Shown piece after piece: positions 39,461 through 52,303 of a stretch of 64,000 bases of DNA. Numbering within the stretch: position 1 is the stretch's first letter; the number at the start of each line of letters is the position of its first letter. Source of the stretch: Mobula hypostoma (lineage: Eukaryota); the NCBI RefSeq assembly GCF_963921235.1, contig NC_086109.1:11224001-11288000 (forward strand). Reading direction: 5' to 3'. The notes beneath the pieces were generated by a model. It saw nothing but the letters and a program-made list of their open reading frames with translations, was not told where the DNA came from and did not search any database. The position numbers and the translations under genes were made by a program.

Positions 39461-40709
39461 TACTCTCTGTTCTACTTTTTAATCACAATGTTCCAAGAAC
39501 AAGATATTAAGCATGACTTGAATTGTGTCTACAGTGTTGATCAAGAAGATAAAAATATACACTGCTTACATGTCCTGTGAACAGAGAAAAGGAGTCCTTC
39601 AAAGTATGGTACATGGTATATTAAAGCACAGTACAGGCCATTGGACCCACAATACTGTACTGACCTTATAACCTACTCTTAAGATCAATCAATTAATCAA
39701 CTCTTAAGATCCTCCTACATAGCCCTCCATTTTTCTATAGCTCATGTCCCTAATGTGTTTGCCTCTGCCACAATTTGGCAGCACGTTCCATGTACCCCCC
39801 ACTCTTGAGTAAAAACAACCTTGCGTCTGCATTCCCACCTTGCTCCCCCCAGCACTATCATCATTTTGTGCTGTGCCATATGATGTGGGTGATCATGGTC
39901 TTATCCATGACCATGTGGCAAATTTTTCTACAGAAGTGTTTCCACTAGTGGAAGATTGTAGGACCAGAGGGCATTGACTTGGAATACAAGGATGTCCCTT
40001 TAGGACCGAGATGAGGAGGAATTTTTTTAGCCAGAGGGTGGTTAATCTGTGGAATTCAGTGCCACAGACAGCTGTGGAGGCCAAGTCATCAGGTATATTT
40101 AAAACAGAGGTAGATAGGTACTTGATTAGTAAGGGTATCAAAGGTTACAGGGAGAAGGCAGGAGAATGGGGTTGAGACAAAGTAAATCTTGATTATTTGA
40201 TGGTGGAGCGGCCTCACTGGACCAAATTGTCCAATTCTGCTCCTATGTCTTCTATTGAAACATCCTTTGACCCATCTTGTCAATGCCAACCAAGTCACTT
40301 CTCTGAGATAGTTACATTTGCCTGCTTTGGCCCATGGAAGGTAGTCAGCTGTATGTGGGCGAGGGTGGGGATTGGTTAATTATCCTTTCTAATAGGATTG
40401 GTGATAAAATGATCCTCCTTGGATTACTTACTGTTGCCTTTCTTTGACACAGCTCCTATACGGAAATTCCTGAGAGCACTATATTGCAAGATCGACTCCA
40501 GGCTCCTTTCTTGCCGTGCTTTGGGACTTTGGGTTAGAGGGTGCGCTACATTTCTTAAGTATTAATTGTCAATTCTTGTGAATAAATAAGAACACTAGGA
40601 TGGAGTTGAGTTTATTTTGGGTGTCTACCCATTCCTCTTTTCCTTCAGTCTATCATTTTTTAAAAATTCCCTTTTTAGCTTTTCATTCCTGATGCCCTCC
40701 AGCTGAGGA

Positions 40710-41540
40710 ATCAGAATCAGGTTTATTATCACCGGCATGTGTTGTGAAATTTGTTAACTCAGCAGCAGCAGTTCAATGCAATACATAATATAGAAGAAGA
40801 AGAAAAAAGTAATAATAATGATAAATAAGTAAATTAATTGCAGTGTATATATATTGAGTAGATTAAAAATCATGCAAAAAAGAGAAATAATATATTTAAA
40901 AAGTGAGGTAATGTTCACTGGTTCAATGCCCATTTAGGAATCGAAAGGCAGAGGGGAAGAAGCTGTTCCTGAATCGCTGAGTGTGTACCTTCAGGCTTCT
41001 GTACCTCCTACCTGTTGGTAACAGTGAGAAAAGGGCATGCCCTGGGTGCTGGAGGTCCTTAATAATAGACACTGGCTTTCTGAGACACTGTTTCTTGAAA
41101 ACATCCTGGGCACTTTGTAGGCTAGTACCCAAGATGGAGCTGATTAAATTTACGACCCTTTGCAGCTTCTTCTGCTCCTGTGCAGTAGCCTACCCGCCCC
41201 CCCCCCCCATACCAGATAGTGATGCAGCCTGTCAGAATGCCCTCCATGGTACATCTATAGAAGTTTTTGAGTATACTTCATGTCACATACCGGTGATAAT
41301 AAACCTGATGCTGATTATGTATTCGTTGACATACCAAATCTCTCCAAGCTCCTAATGAAGTATAGTAGCTGTCTTGCCTTCTTTATAACTGCATTGATTT
41401 GTTGGGACCAGGTTAGGTCCTTGGAGATCTTGACACCCAGGAACTTGAAACTGCTCACTCTCTCCACCTCTGATCCCTCTGAGGATTGGTATGTGTTCCT
41501 TTGTCTTATCCCGAAGTCTTACTGACGTTGAGTGCCAGGG
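40710..41540 (-). mobile_element. Rex1/Babar-type LINE fragment
   Basis: HPGHALFSLLPTGRRYRSLKVHTQRFRNSFFPSAFRFLN and an AATAAACCTGATTCTGATT tail. Confidence 0.7.
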
Positions 41541-41544
41541 TGTT

Positions 41545-43985
41545 GATACTAAAAGTTTCTTCAGATACGTAAAGTATAAAAGAGAGATGAGAGTGGATAT
41601 CAGACTGCTGGAAAATGATGCTGGAGAAACAGTAATGGGGGACGAGGAAATGTCGGAAGAACTGAATAACTATTTTGCATCAGTCTTCACTGTGGAAGGC
41701 ACTAGCAGTATGGTCGTAGTTCCAAGTGTCGGGGCACAAAGTGTGTGAAGTTACCATTACCAGAGAGAAGGTTTTTGTGAAACTGAACAGTCTAAAAGTA
41801 GATGAGCTTCCTGGACCAGATGGTGTATACCCCAGGGGTAAGAGGTAGCTGAGGAGATTATGGAGGCATTGGTAATGATCTGTCAAGAATCACTAGATTT
41901 CGGAATAGTTCTGGAAGACTGAAAAATTGCAAATATCACTACACTCTTCAAGAAGAGATAGAAGCAGAAGAAAGGAAACTATAGGCCAGTTAGTTCTGAC
42001 CTCAGTGGTTAGGAAGATGTTGAAGTCAATTGCTAAGGTCTCGGGGTACTTGGAGGCACATGGTAAAATAGGCCGTAGTCAGCACGATTTCCACAAGGGA
42101 AATTCTTGCCTAATAAATCTGTTGGAATCATTTGAAGAAATAACAAGCAGGATAGACTAAGGGGAATTGGTTGATGTTGTATACTTGGGTTTTCAGAAGG
42201 CCTTTGAGAAGGTGCCACACATGAGGCTGCTTAACAAGCTATGAGCCTGTGGTATTACAGGAAAGATTCTAGCATGCATAAAGCAGTAGCAGACTGGCAA
42301 GAGACAGAGAGTGGGAAGAAAAGCTGCCGGTGACTAGTGGTGTTCTACAGTGGGATTGATTCTTTTTACGTTATATGTCTATGATTTAGATGATGGAATT
42401 GATAGCTTTGTAAAGTTTGCAGATGATATAAAGATGGGTGGAAGGGCAGGTGGTTTTAGAAACATTTGAAATGCAGAAAACCTACAGCACAATACAGGCC
42501 CTTTGGCCTACAAAGCTGTGCCGAACATGTCCTTACCTTAGAACTACCTAGGCTTACCCAGTGCCCTCCATTTTTCTTAAGCTATTTGAGGAAGTAGAGA
42601 GGCTGCAGAAGGACTTGGACAGATTTGGAGAATGGGCAAAGACATGGCAGATGGAAACAGTGTTGGGAAGTGTATGGTCATGCACTTCGGCTGAAGAAAT
42701 GAAAGGGTTGGCTATTTTCTAAATTGGAGAGAAAATACAAGAAACTGAGGTGCGTAGGGATTTGGGAGTCTTTGTGCAGGATTCCCTCAAGGTTAATTTG
42801 CAGGTTGAGTCTGTGGTGAGGAAGGCAAATGCAACGTTAGCATTCATTTCAAGAGGACTAGAATATAAAAGCAAGGATGTAATGTTGAGACTTTATAAAG
42901 GACTGGTGAGGCCTCACTTGGAGTATTGTGAGAAGTTTTGGGCCCCTTATCTTAGAAAGGATGTGCTGAAACAGGAGAGGGTTCAAAGGAGGTTCACGCA
43001 AATGATTCTGGGATTGAATGGCTTGTCACATGAAGAGTGTGTGGTGGCTCTGTAACAGTATTCACTGGAATTCGGAAGAATGAGAGGTGACCTATTTGAA
43101 ACCCATCGACTGGTGAAAGGTCTTGATAGAGTGGAAGTGGAGAGGATGTTTCCTTGTTTCCTATGATGGGAGAGTCTAAAGGCTGATTTATACTTGTGCG
43201 TCAAATCGACTCCTTAGGTACGGCATAGCTGCAAACCCCACACAGTGCCTATGCAGATCCCTATGCCGTAGCCTGACGCACACCTCTCTCAAAATGTAAC
43301 TACGCATCGCAGCAACGCAGACTGCAACAACTGTGATTGGTCCACCTGGTAGCATCGCATTTCCTCCTGCGCTGCAATAGCTTCCCATTGTGCGACTGAA
43401 GGGCAGGGAAGGAACTCTGGCTGCAATGCTTTCCATAAAGCTTTACAGACCTCCGAAATTATGGAGAACACATTTCGCTTTTACGAAAAAGGGCGCTCAC
43501 TTTGAACTTGTTTACCCTGAGAAAAACTACCATGACCATGAAGCCTTGCACGGGCAGGTGTGTGTGCATGTGCAACATGCCCAAATTGCAGAGCGACGCA
43601 GACACACCAACGCAAAGTATAAATTCTCACAATGTGCCTCTTGCGTAGGCTACGGCGTCGAGTTGATGCACAAGTATAAATCAGCCTTAAGACCAGGGAC
43701 ACAGCCTCAGAATAGAAGAGAGTCCTTTTAGAATGGAGATGAGGAATTTCTTTGGCCAGAGAGTGGTGAATCTGGAAATCGCTGCCATAGGCTGCTGTGG
43801 AGGCCAAGTCTTTATGTATCTTTAAGGCAGAGGTTGATTGATTCTTGATTGGTCAGGGCATGAAGAAATATGGGGAGAAGGCAGGAGATTGGGGCTGGGA
43901 GGAAAAATAGATCAGCCATGATGAAATGGTGGAGCAGACTCGATGGGCCAAATGGCCTAATTCTGCTCCTGTGTCTTATGGTCTT
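41545..43985 (+). mobile_element. Decayed CR1 LINE 3' half
   Basis: RDLGVFVQDSLKV...LYKGLVRPHLEYC and a CR1 3' tail; interrupted by insertions. Confidence 0.85.
43180..43687 (-). mobile_element. Non-autonomous PIF/Harbinger element
   Basis: TIRs AGGCTGATTTATACTTGTGCGTCAA / TTGATGCACAAGTATAAATCAGCCT, TAA duplication on both sides, internal transposase-like peptide [22 protein letters not shown]. Confidence 0.85.
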
Positions 43986-45215
43986 GTATGCTGGTGATAT
44001 TGATTCTGGAGCTATTATTGACTGGCTGCGTCATGGTCTGGTATGGAAACACCACCAACCTTGAACGGAAAATCCTACAAAAAGTAGTGGAAACAGCCCA
44101 GTCCATCATGGATAAATCCCACCCTACCACTGAGTCCATTTCCATAGAGCATAGTCACAGGAAATCAGTATCCCTCAGGGACCCCTCCACCCAGTCCATG
44201 CTCTCTTCTTGCTGCTGCCATCAGGAAGAAGTTGCAGGAGCCTCAGGACCCACACCACCAGATTAAGGAACCGTTATTACCCCTCAACCATCAGGCTCTT
44301 GAACCGCAGGGGGGGGGAGTAAACTTCACTCAATTTCACTTGCCCCATCACTGAACTGTTCCCACAACTTATGGACTCACTTTCAAGGACTTTTCATCTC
44401 ATGTTCTCTCTTTTTAAAAAATTATTGCTTATTTATTTATCATTTTTTTTCTCATCTATTTACGCAGTTGGCCTTTGCACACTGGTTGTTCACCCTGTTG
44501 GGTGCGGTCATTGATTCTATTGTGTTTCTTTAATTTACTGTGTCTGCCCAGAATGAAATGAGTTTCAGGGTTAGGGTTGTATGTGGTGACATATGTACCT
44601 TGATAATTTCAGTTTGAGTTTTTGAACTTTGTTCTCTCCCCAATGAAGGGACCCTGACCTGAAGCACTAACTCTTTCCCCTTCCCCACAGACACTGCCCT
44701 GGTTTTAGGGATAGATTTCCCCACTACTGGGCAGCATTTCTGTTATGGAAATCCATTACTGGCTGGGGAAGTTGAATACAATTGACTCATTAGGTTGGCA
44801 CAGTGGTGTAGCGGTTAGCGTAAGGCTGTTACACAGCCAGTGATAATGTTCAATTCTGGCCACTGTCTGTCAGGTGTTTTTACAACCTCCCTGTGACTGA
44901 GCGGTTTTCCTCATGGTGCTCCCATTTCCTCCCACATTCCAAAGACCTGCAGCTTAACTGGTCACATGAGTCTAATTGGATAGAGTAGGCTCCTTCAAGT
45001 TCAAAGTCAATTTATTGTCAAAATACATATTTGTCACCATATACTACCTTGACATTAATTTTCTTGCAGGCATTTACTGTAGAACAGAGAAATACAATCA
45101 AATCAAACAAATGAGGGGAAAAGAACAAAAGGTTACATAGAAATAAAGCAACACACACAAAGTGCTAGAAGAACTTAGCAGGCCAGGCAGCATCTGTGAA
45201 AAAGAGTAAACAGTT

Positions 45216-45250
45216 GTCCTGAAGAAGGGTCTCGGCCCAAAACGTCGACT
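45216..45250 (+). ncRNA. Minimal hammerhead motif with GAAA to AAAA change (sense to GSTM intron 1)
   Basis: GTC-CTGAAGA-AGGGTCTCGGCCC-AAAACGTC-GAC. Confidence 0.6.
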
Positions 45251-46682
45251 GACTATATAAATAAATAAATAAATAAATAAATACATATTTTATATAATAA
45301 AAAAAATATATATAAATATATAAATAAAAAAAGTTGGGGACCCCTGCCTTACACAGTACTGTAGATGGGTGGAGAGTCAGAATCTTTATTCTTCAGGATA
45401 GAATCCTATAGGCCACAGCTTTAAATTGAGGCGTAAAGTTTAAGTGAGACTTATATCAGCTGTTTCTAAACGGAGTCGCAAATGCCTGTAAGCACTGCAA
45501 GAGACTGTGGTGGAAGCAGATATTGTACAATAGTGGCATTTAAAAGCACTTACATGGGTACATGAATTTGCGGGGAATGGACAGATTTGAAACATTGGCA
45601 GGCAGACCGTTTAGTTTTAATTTGGCATAGTTGTCAACAAGCATTGTGGATTAAAATGCCTTGCCCTCAGTTCGAAGGCAAACTCACAAGTGCAAACAGT
45701 ACTGACACCTACCTAGATACCTCTGGAGTTACCACACAGTATAGCAAACCTCTTCACAGCAAAACCTAGCTGTTACATAAATATATAGCAGAGGGTGAGT
45801 TTTAAATGGGGTTGGAGCAAAGGATGTTGGGAATGGTGCAGGTGGGACACCACAAGAGGGGTGTGGGGACAGGTGACAGAGGTGTACCATGGGAAAATGG
45901 TGGTGTGGGTGCAGACACCCTCAGCCCTGAGCAGGCAAGGTCATTTGACTCAAAACAATTGGTTTGTTGATCATTACAGAATGTCTCTCTGGTCTTTCCC
46001 TCTCTTTTCCCCTGTCCCTTCCCCTTTTCTGAACAGATTCCACTCTCTCTGCCCCCTTCCCACTCTCAGTCCACAATAGAGACCCACATCAGAATCAGGT
46101 TCATCATCACTCACGTGTGTCATGATGGTTTTTTTTGTGCAGCGGTTCACTGCGATACATAGAATTACCACAGTACTGTGCAAAAGTCTTAGGCACCCTA
46201 GACATATATACATAGTCATAGACATACTTTATTGATCCCGGGGGAAATACCTAGACTTTTGCACAGCATTGTATACCTTTCATAATTTTATTAATGAGCT
46301 AATGGGTGACAGCTCTAAGTGTGAGGCTCAACCAAAAAGAGTCACTAAAGTTGAGTAATTTTCTACATTACAACCTTTTTGTAACAAAACATACAACACA
46401 ATGCAGTCCCTTTAGACCAAAATGTTGTGCTGACCTTTAAACCTTCTCCAAGATCAATTTAACCCTTCCCTCATACATAACCCTCCAGTTTTCTTCCAGC
46501 CATGTGCTTAACTAAGAATTTCTTCTATGTCTCTAATGTGCCCGCCTCTATCACCACTCCCGAGAGTGCATTTTTGCAAACGTAACTACCTCTGACATCC
46601 CTCCTAATCATCTAATGATCTTAAAAGTATGTCCTCTCCTGTTAGCCATTACAATTAATGACATGTTCTGAATCTGTCACAG

Positions 46683-46758
46683 CTGGCTCATCCAATCCGC
46701 TTGCTCTTGGAATATACCGGGACAGCTTATGAAGAGAAGCTCTATTCCTGTGGAGATG
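46683..46758 (+). CDS. GSTM: Glutathione S-transferase Mu, exon 2
   Basis: CAG/GTAAG boundaries, 76 nt, LAHPIRLLLEYTGTAYEEKLYSCGD. Confidence 0.95.
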
Positions 46759-47029
46759 GTAAGTGTGTGTGCCTATATGTGTGAGGGGGGATGGGGAGAG
46801 GGAGACTGACTGCAATCGGATTTCTGCTTAACGATAACTAAAATGTTTCGGGACTCATTTGTGTAGCTTTTTCAGCCACTAGGTTTTGGTTTCTTGTAGA
46901 GTGTTGCAGCAAAGAAACTGCCCAATGAGCCAATCCCAGGTATTGAGCACCCATTTACATTAATCCCATTTTATTTTTTCTGTTAACTTCTTCTCCGTGC
47001 CCCCCCCCCACCCCCCCAATACTCCAAAG

Positions 47030-47640
47030 TACCACACACAAAATGCTGGAGGAACTCAGCAGGTCAGGTAGCATCAATGGAAATAAACAAACAGTTGACG
47101 TTTCAGGCCAAGACCTTTCATCAGGACTGGAAAGGAAAGGGGAAGACTCCAGAACTAAAATGTGGAGGGAGGGGAAGGAGGGCAAGCTAAAAGGTGATGA
47201 GAAAAACCAGGTTGGTGAGGGAGGGGGTTGAAGCAAGAAGTTGGGAGGTGGGAAAGGGCTGAAGAAGTAATCTGATAGAGTGGATCATGGCAGAGAGGAA
47301 GCAGAGGTTTTTCTGGGAGAGATGCCAGGCAGATGAGTAGAAGAGATGAGGGGCCTGAGTGGGGAAATGAAGAGGGAAGGAAAAGGAAAAATGTAACTGG
47401 AAGTTGGAGAAATCGATGTTCAGACCATCAGTTTGGAGGCTACCCAGATGGAATATGAGGTGTGGCTCCTCCATCCTGAGAGTGTCCTCATTGCGGCAGA
47501 GGAGGAGGCTATGGACGGACTTGTTGGAACGGGAATGGGAATAGGAATTGAAATGGTTGGCTACTGAGAAATTCTGCTATTTGTCGATGGAGTTGAGGTG
47601 CTCGACAAAGCAATCTCCCAATCTTCGTCAGCTTGCACCA
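47030..47640 (-). mobile_element. Penelope-like 3' end (GIY-YIG end + pLTR)
   Basis: EEPHLIFHLGSLQTDGLNIDFSNF followed by pLTR sequence. Confidence 0.8.
47093..47128 (-). ncRNA. Minimal hammerhead ribozyme, intact core (antisense to GSTM)
   Basis: Reverse complement AGTC-CTGATGA-A-AGGTCTTGGCCT-GAAAC-GTC-AACT. Confidence 0.7.
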
Positions 47641-47889
47641 ATCTCACAAGCCAACAGTGGTGCAGAAATTGACTGCTTAAAATTTTAAAATGTTGTCTGT
47701 TTCCACAGGAACTTCAATATAAATTATACTAATGGTATTGCACATCCAGTGTTATACACTCCATGTCCACTTTATTAGGCTGGTAAATGCAAATATCTAA
47801 TCAACTAAATATGCACACATTAATAACAGTCAGTTATTGTTCAGACAAACATCAGAAAGTGGAAGAAATATGACCTAAGTGATGTTAGA

Positions 47890-48915
47890 GCCGTAGAACA
47901 CCACAGTACAGAAACGGGCCCTTCAGCCTAACCATTCTGTGCTGAAGTATTTAAAATGCCTAGTCCCATCGGTCCGCAACCGGACCATAGCCCTCCATAC
48001 CCTTCCCATCCACCTGCCTAACTAAACTTCTCTTAATTGACTTCGTAATTGCATTCACCACTTACGCTGGCAGTTCGTTCTACGATCTCGCCATCCTCTG
48101 TGCCTCATGTTCCCTTTAAACACTTCACCTTTCTCCCGTAACCTAGAACTTCTACTTGTGCTCTCACCCAATCTCAGTGGGAAAAAGTCTGCTTGCATTT
48201 ACCCTATCTATATCCCTCATAATTTTATATACCTCTATCAAATCTCCTCTCAATCTTTTATGTTCTAGGAAATAAAGTCCTAACCTATTCGATCTTTTGT
48301 TATAACTGGGTCCCCTAGTCCCGGCAGCATCCTCTAAAATTCCAAAAGATTACGGATCTATATTCCCAGACCCTTTTGTTCTACCGCACTCCTCGGTGTC
48401 CTACCGTTCACTGTGTAAGACCTCTCCTGGTTGGTCCTACCAAAGTGCGTCATCTCACACTTGTCTGCATTAAATTCCATCTGCCATTTTTCAGCCCTTT
48501 TCCCAGCTGATCCAGATTCCCCTGCAAGCCTTGATAGGCTTCCTTGCTGTCCACCACACCCCCTCTTGGTGTCATCTGCAAATTTGCTGATCCAGTTGAC
48601 CACATTATCATCCAGATCATTGATATAGATGACAAGTAAGAACGAATAGCATCAGTCCCCACGGCACACTACTAGTCATGGGCCTCCAGTTGTAGAGGTG
48701 GCTTCTTCTGCGAAGCCAATGTCTAATCCAATTTACTACCTCATTCTGAGCACCAAGTGACTGAACCCTCTTGGCCAATCTTCCAAGTGGACCTTGTCAA
48801 TTGCCTTGGTGGAGTCCATATACACAACATTCACTGTTTGCCTTCAGCAACTTTTCTGGTAACATCCTCCAAACTTATAAGATTGGTCAGACATGACCTG
48901 CCATGCACAAAGCCG
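47890..48915 (-). mobile_element. CR1 LINE 3' fragment
   Basis: ISKFADDTK...AEKWQMEFNADKCE. Confidence 0.8.
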
Positions 48916-49492
48916 TGACAGTGGAATGATTGGTGCCAGCTGGGGTGTTTTGAGTCTTTCAGAAGTTACTGATCTTGATCTTGGATTTTTCATGCACAAC
49001 GGTCTCCAGAGGTTACAGAGAGTGGTGCAAAATAAAAACAGTGAGCGACAGTTCTGTGGGCTGAAGTGTCTTGTTAGTGAGAGGCATCAGAGGAGAATGG
49101 ACGGTGTTTCAAGCTGACAGGAAGGCAGCAGAAACTCGTAACCATGCGTTACAACAGTGGTGTGCATAAGAGTATTTGTAAATGCACAACAGGTCAAACC
49201 TTGAACCTGTAGCTGCAGAAGACTATGAGCATGCACTCAATGGCCACTTTATTAGGCAGAGGAGGTGCCTACCACTGCGTGCAAACATTACCTCCATGAC
49301 CACCTTGCTGCCTTTGAAACCTGGGAGAGGAGAAGAGCAGCGGGGTATTATTTGTGCATCTTTCCAATTCAGAAGTGCAATTTTTAGTATAAATGTTGTT
49401 TCCTTTTTCCTCTGTTTGACTTGCTCAGTTACTTGGACAATGGTTTGTAATACATTTTTGGAAACATGACAATGTCTATCTTTTTCTCCAAG

Positions 49493-49557
49493 CTCCAAAT
49501 TACGACAAGAGCACCTGGCTTAATGTAAAGACGAAGCTCGGACTTGACTTCCCGAAC
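49493..49557 (+). CDS. GSTM: Glutathione S-transferase Mu, exon 3 (mu-loop)
   Basis: AAG/GTAAG boundaries, 65 nt, APNYDKSTWLNVKTKLGLDFPN. Confidence 0.95.
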
Positions 49558-52221
49558 GTAAGTGACGACACCCGTCCCCACCTTCATCGTCTTTTGTACC
49601 TTGGACGCTGGAGGTCCGTCCTGGGGTTGAGGACTGTGTGAGTGGGCAGATCGGGGGGAAAGGAAGCGTCTTTTTTTAACGTTGTTGTTTTGTCTCTCGT
49701 GTTGTGTTATTGTCGTTGCTGCTTGTGTTGTTCTGCTGAACATTGTGGAGATGCTCTGTTACCAGAATAGGTGGTGACACCTGGCGGGCTGCCCTCTTCC
49801 CCCTGAACAGCCTTGGGTTGTGTTGGATAACACAAACAACCCATTTCACATGTGATAACTAAATCAATCTCAGTCTAAACTTCTTCAAGCTTCCTTGCAT
49901 AAACTTGATTGGATTTTAAAAAATTATAATTTTATCTTTGCACCATTTGTTGAAATCAGTTTTGTCCATTGTATGTTGCTCGTCACCGCACTGGATTTAG
50001 CGATGCACCGTGGTGCTGCTCTGGTGAATTTTCTGGACAACTATACTCTTATTTAATATCCAGGCACACTTTTACTTTAAAACGTTACACAGTGGTGGAA
50101 TAAATCTTCTAGTCAAGCTGAGGCATTTTAGGGTATTAGACTGCATCTGGAGAATTGGTGAGCTGATTTGAACCCCTTATCTAAGGAGGGATGTGCTGGC
50201 GTTGGAGGAGGTTTACATGAATGATCCCAGGAATGAAAGGGTTAACATTTGAGGAATGTTTGTCTCTGGGCCTGTACTTGCTGGAGTTTAGAAGAATGAA
50301 GGGGAATCCCATTGATACCTATCAAATATTGAAAGGTGCAAGTAGAGTGGATGTGGACAGGATGTTTGCTATAATGGGGAAGTGTGTATGTGTGTGTGTA
50401 TGTATATATGTGTGTGTGTATACCATCAGTATATATATATGGTATGCACATAAAGTGGTGCTAGGTGATGTCGATGTAGTGGTGGGTGGCATCCTGAGGA
50501 AAATCACTCAAAAAGGTGTTGACGGCCCAAGGGAAGTAACTGTTTTTGAGTCTGGTGGTCCTGGTGTGGATGCTGCTTAGCTTGATGGGAATGGGACAAA
50601 CAGTCCGTGAGCGGGTGGGTGGAATCCTCATTCTGTTCCTGGCCCATTTGCAGCACCTTCCTGCTTGTATGTTCCTGGTGGCAGGTAGTCTGGTGCTGGT
50701 GATGTGTTCAGCAGTTTTGACTCCACATTGTAGAGCCCTCCTGTCCGTGACAGTGTAGTTTCTTTACCACACAGTGATGCAGCATGTTATGATGCTCTCT
50801 ACTGTGCAGCTGTAGACGGGCATGAGTACTGAGGTGCATAGTCTAGCTCTCTTCAGCCTCAGAAGATGAGAAGCATTGGCGTGCTTTCCCGATTGTGTAG
50901 GATGCACTCTGAGACTATGCTGCAGGTGTACCAAAGTATTTTATGGCAGCTTACATGAAATCAGAGGGTATCTCTGCCATCTGCTCTCTAGAAGCTGGGC
51001 AAACGAGGCAGGTTTGAGGAGAGACATGGGACGAGAAGTTCAGAGCTTGAAACACTGGTAGCTGAGTTTTGTGGATTGTTAGTGTGCTCAAACAGACAGA
51101 CTGTTAACTCAGCCATCTCAACCATGGGCACTAGCCTCCCCGCCATGAAGGAATGGTGAACGGTGGTTGCATTACTGTGTGGTAGGGAGGTGCCAGTGCA
51201 CAGGACCCGGAAAAAGCTACAGAGGGTTGTAAACTTAGCCAGCTCTATCATGGGCACCAGCCTCCGCATCACTGAGGGCATCTTTGATAGGTAGTATCTC
51301 AAGAAGACAGAATCCATCAATAAGGACCAAGACCATCTTGGACGTGCCCTTTTCTTATTGCTACCATCAGCAAGGAGGTACAGGAGCCTGAAAACACACA
51401 CTCAGCATTTTGGGAACAGCTTCTTCTCCACTAACATCAGATTTCTGAATGGTCTATGAGCGTTACGTCACCATTTTTGCTCTTTTTTTGCAATACTAGT
51501 GTGGTGTGTATACTATATGGTATATATGGATGTACAGTGCCTACAGTACTATGCAAAAGTCTTGTATAGCTAGGGTCCCTAAGACTTTTGCACGATACTG
51601 TATTTGTCGACATGGAGTGAAGAACCAATTTATAAATTCGTTGGGAGCGAGGGTAGAGTGCCGCGTGAAGGGTGTGGGACAGGTGGCAGAGAAGGAGTGC
51701 TGGGGTGGAGGGTGACTTTGGTGCAAACACACCCAGCCCTAAGATGCCAGGCAAGATCATTTGATTCTAAGCAATTGGTTTATTGAATCATTACAGTTGT
51801 GTCTCTGATGCTTTCCGCTCCTTCGCCTGTCCCTGCCCCCCTTTCCACTTCCAGTCCACAACAGAGACCCATAGCAGAATTAGTTTTATCATCATTCACA
51901 TGTCATGAAATGTTTTTTTGTGTGGCAGCGGTACAGTGGAATACATAAAATTACTACAGTACTGTGCAAAACTCTTAAGCACCCTAGCTATTTCCTTGTG
52001 GCAAAGACTTTTGCACAGTACTGTGTGTGTGTGTGGTAATTGATAGTATTTTATGTATTGCAATGTACTGCTGCAAAATATCAATTTTCATGACGTGGCA
52101 GTGCTACTGAACCTGATTCTGAGCATGCCCGAGCAATGGCACAGTAAAATTGAGTAAAGTGTCACATGCTTTGCTGTACACATTCTGAACCCATTCTGAC
52201 CTTGTGTGCTTCTCTTTTCAG

Positions 52222-52303
52222 CTTCCTTATTTGATCGATGGAGAAACAAAGATCACGCAGAGTAACGCCATCCTGCGGTACATTGCGAGGAAACACAATC
52301 TTG
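52222..52303 (+). CDS. GSTM: Glutathione S-transferase Mu, exon 4
   Basis: CAG/GTAAA boundaries, 82 nt, [27 protein letters not shown]. Confidence 0.96.
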
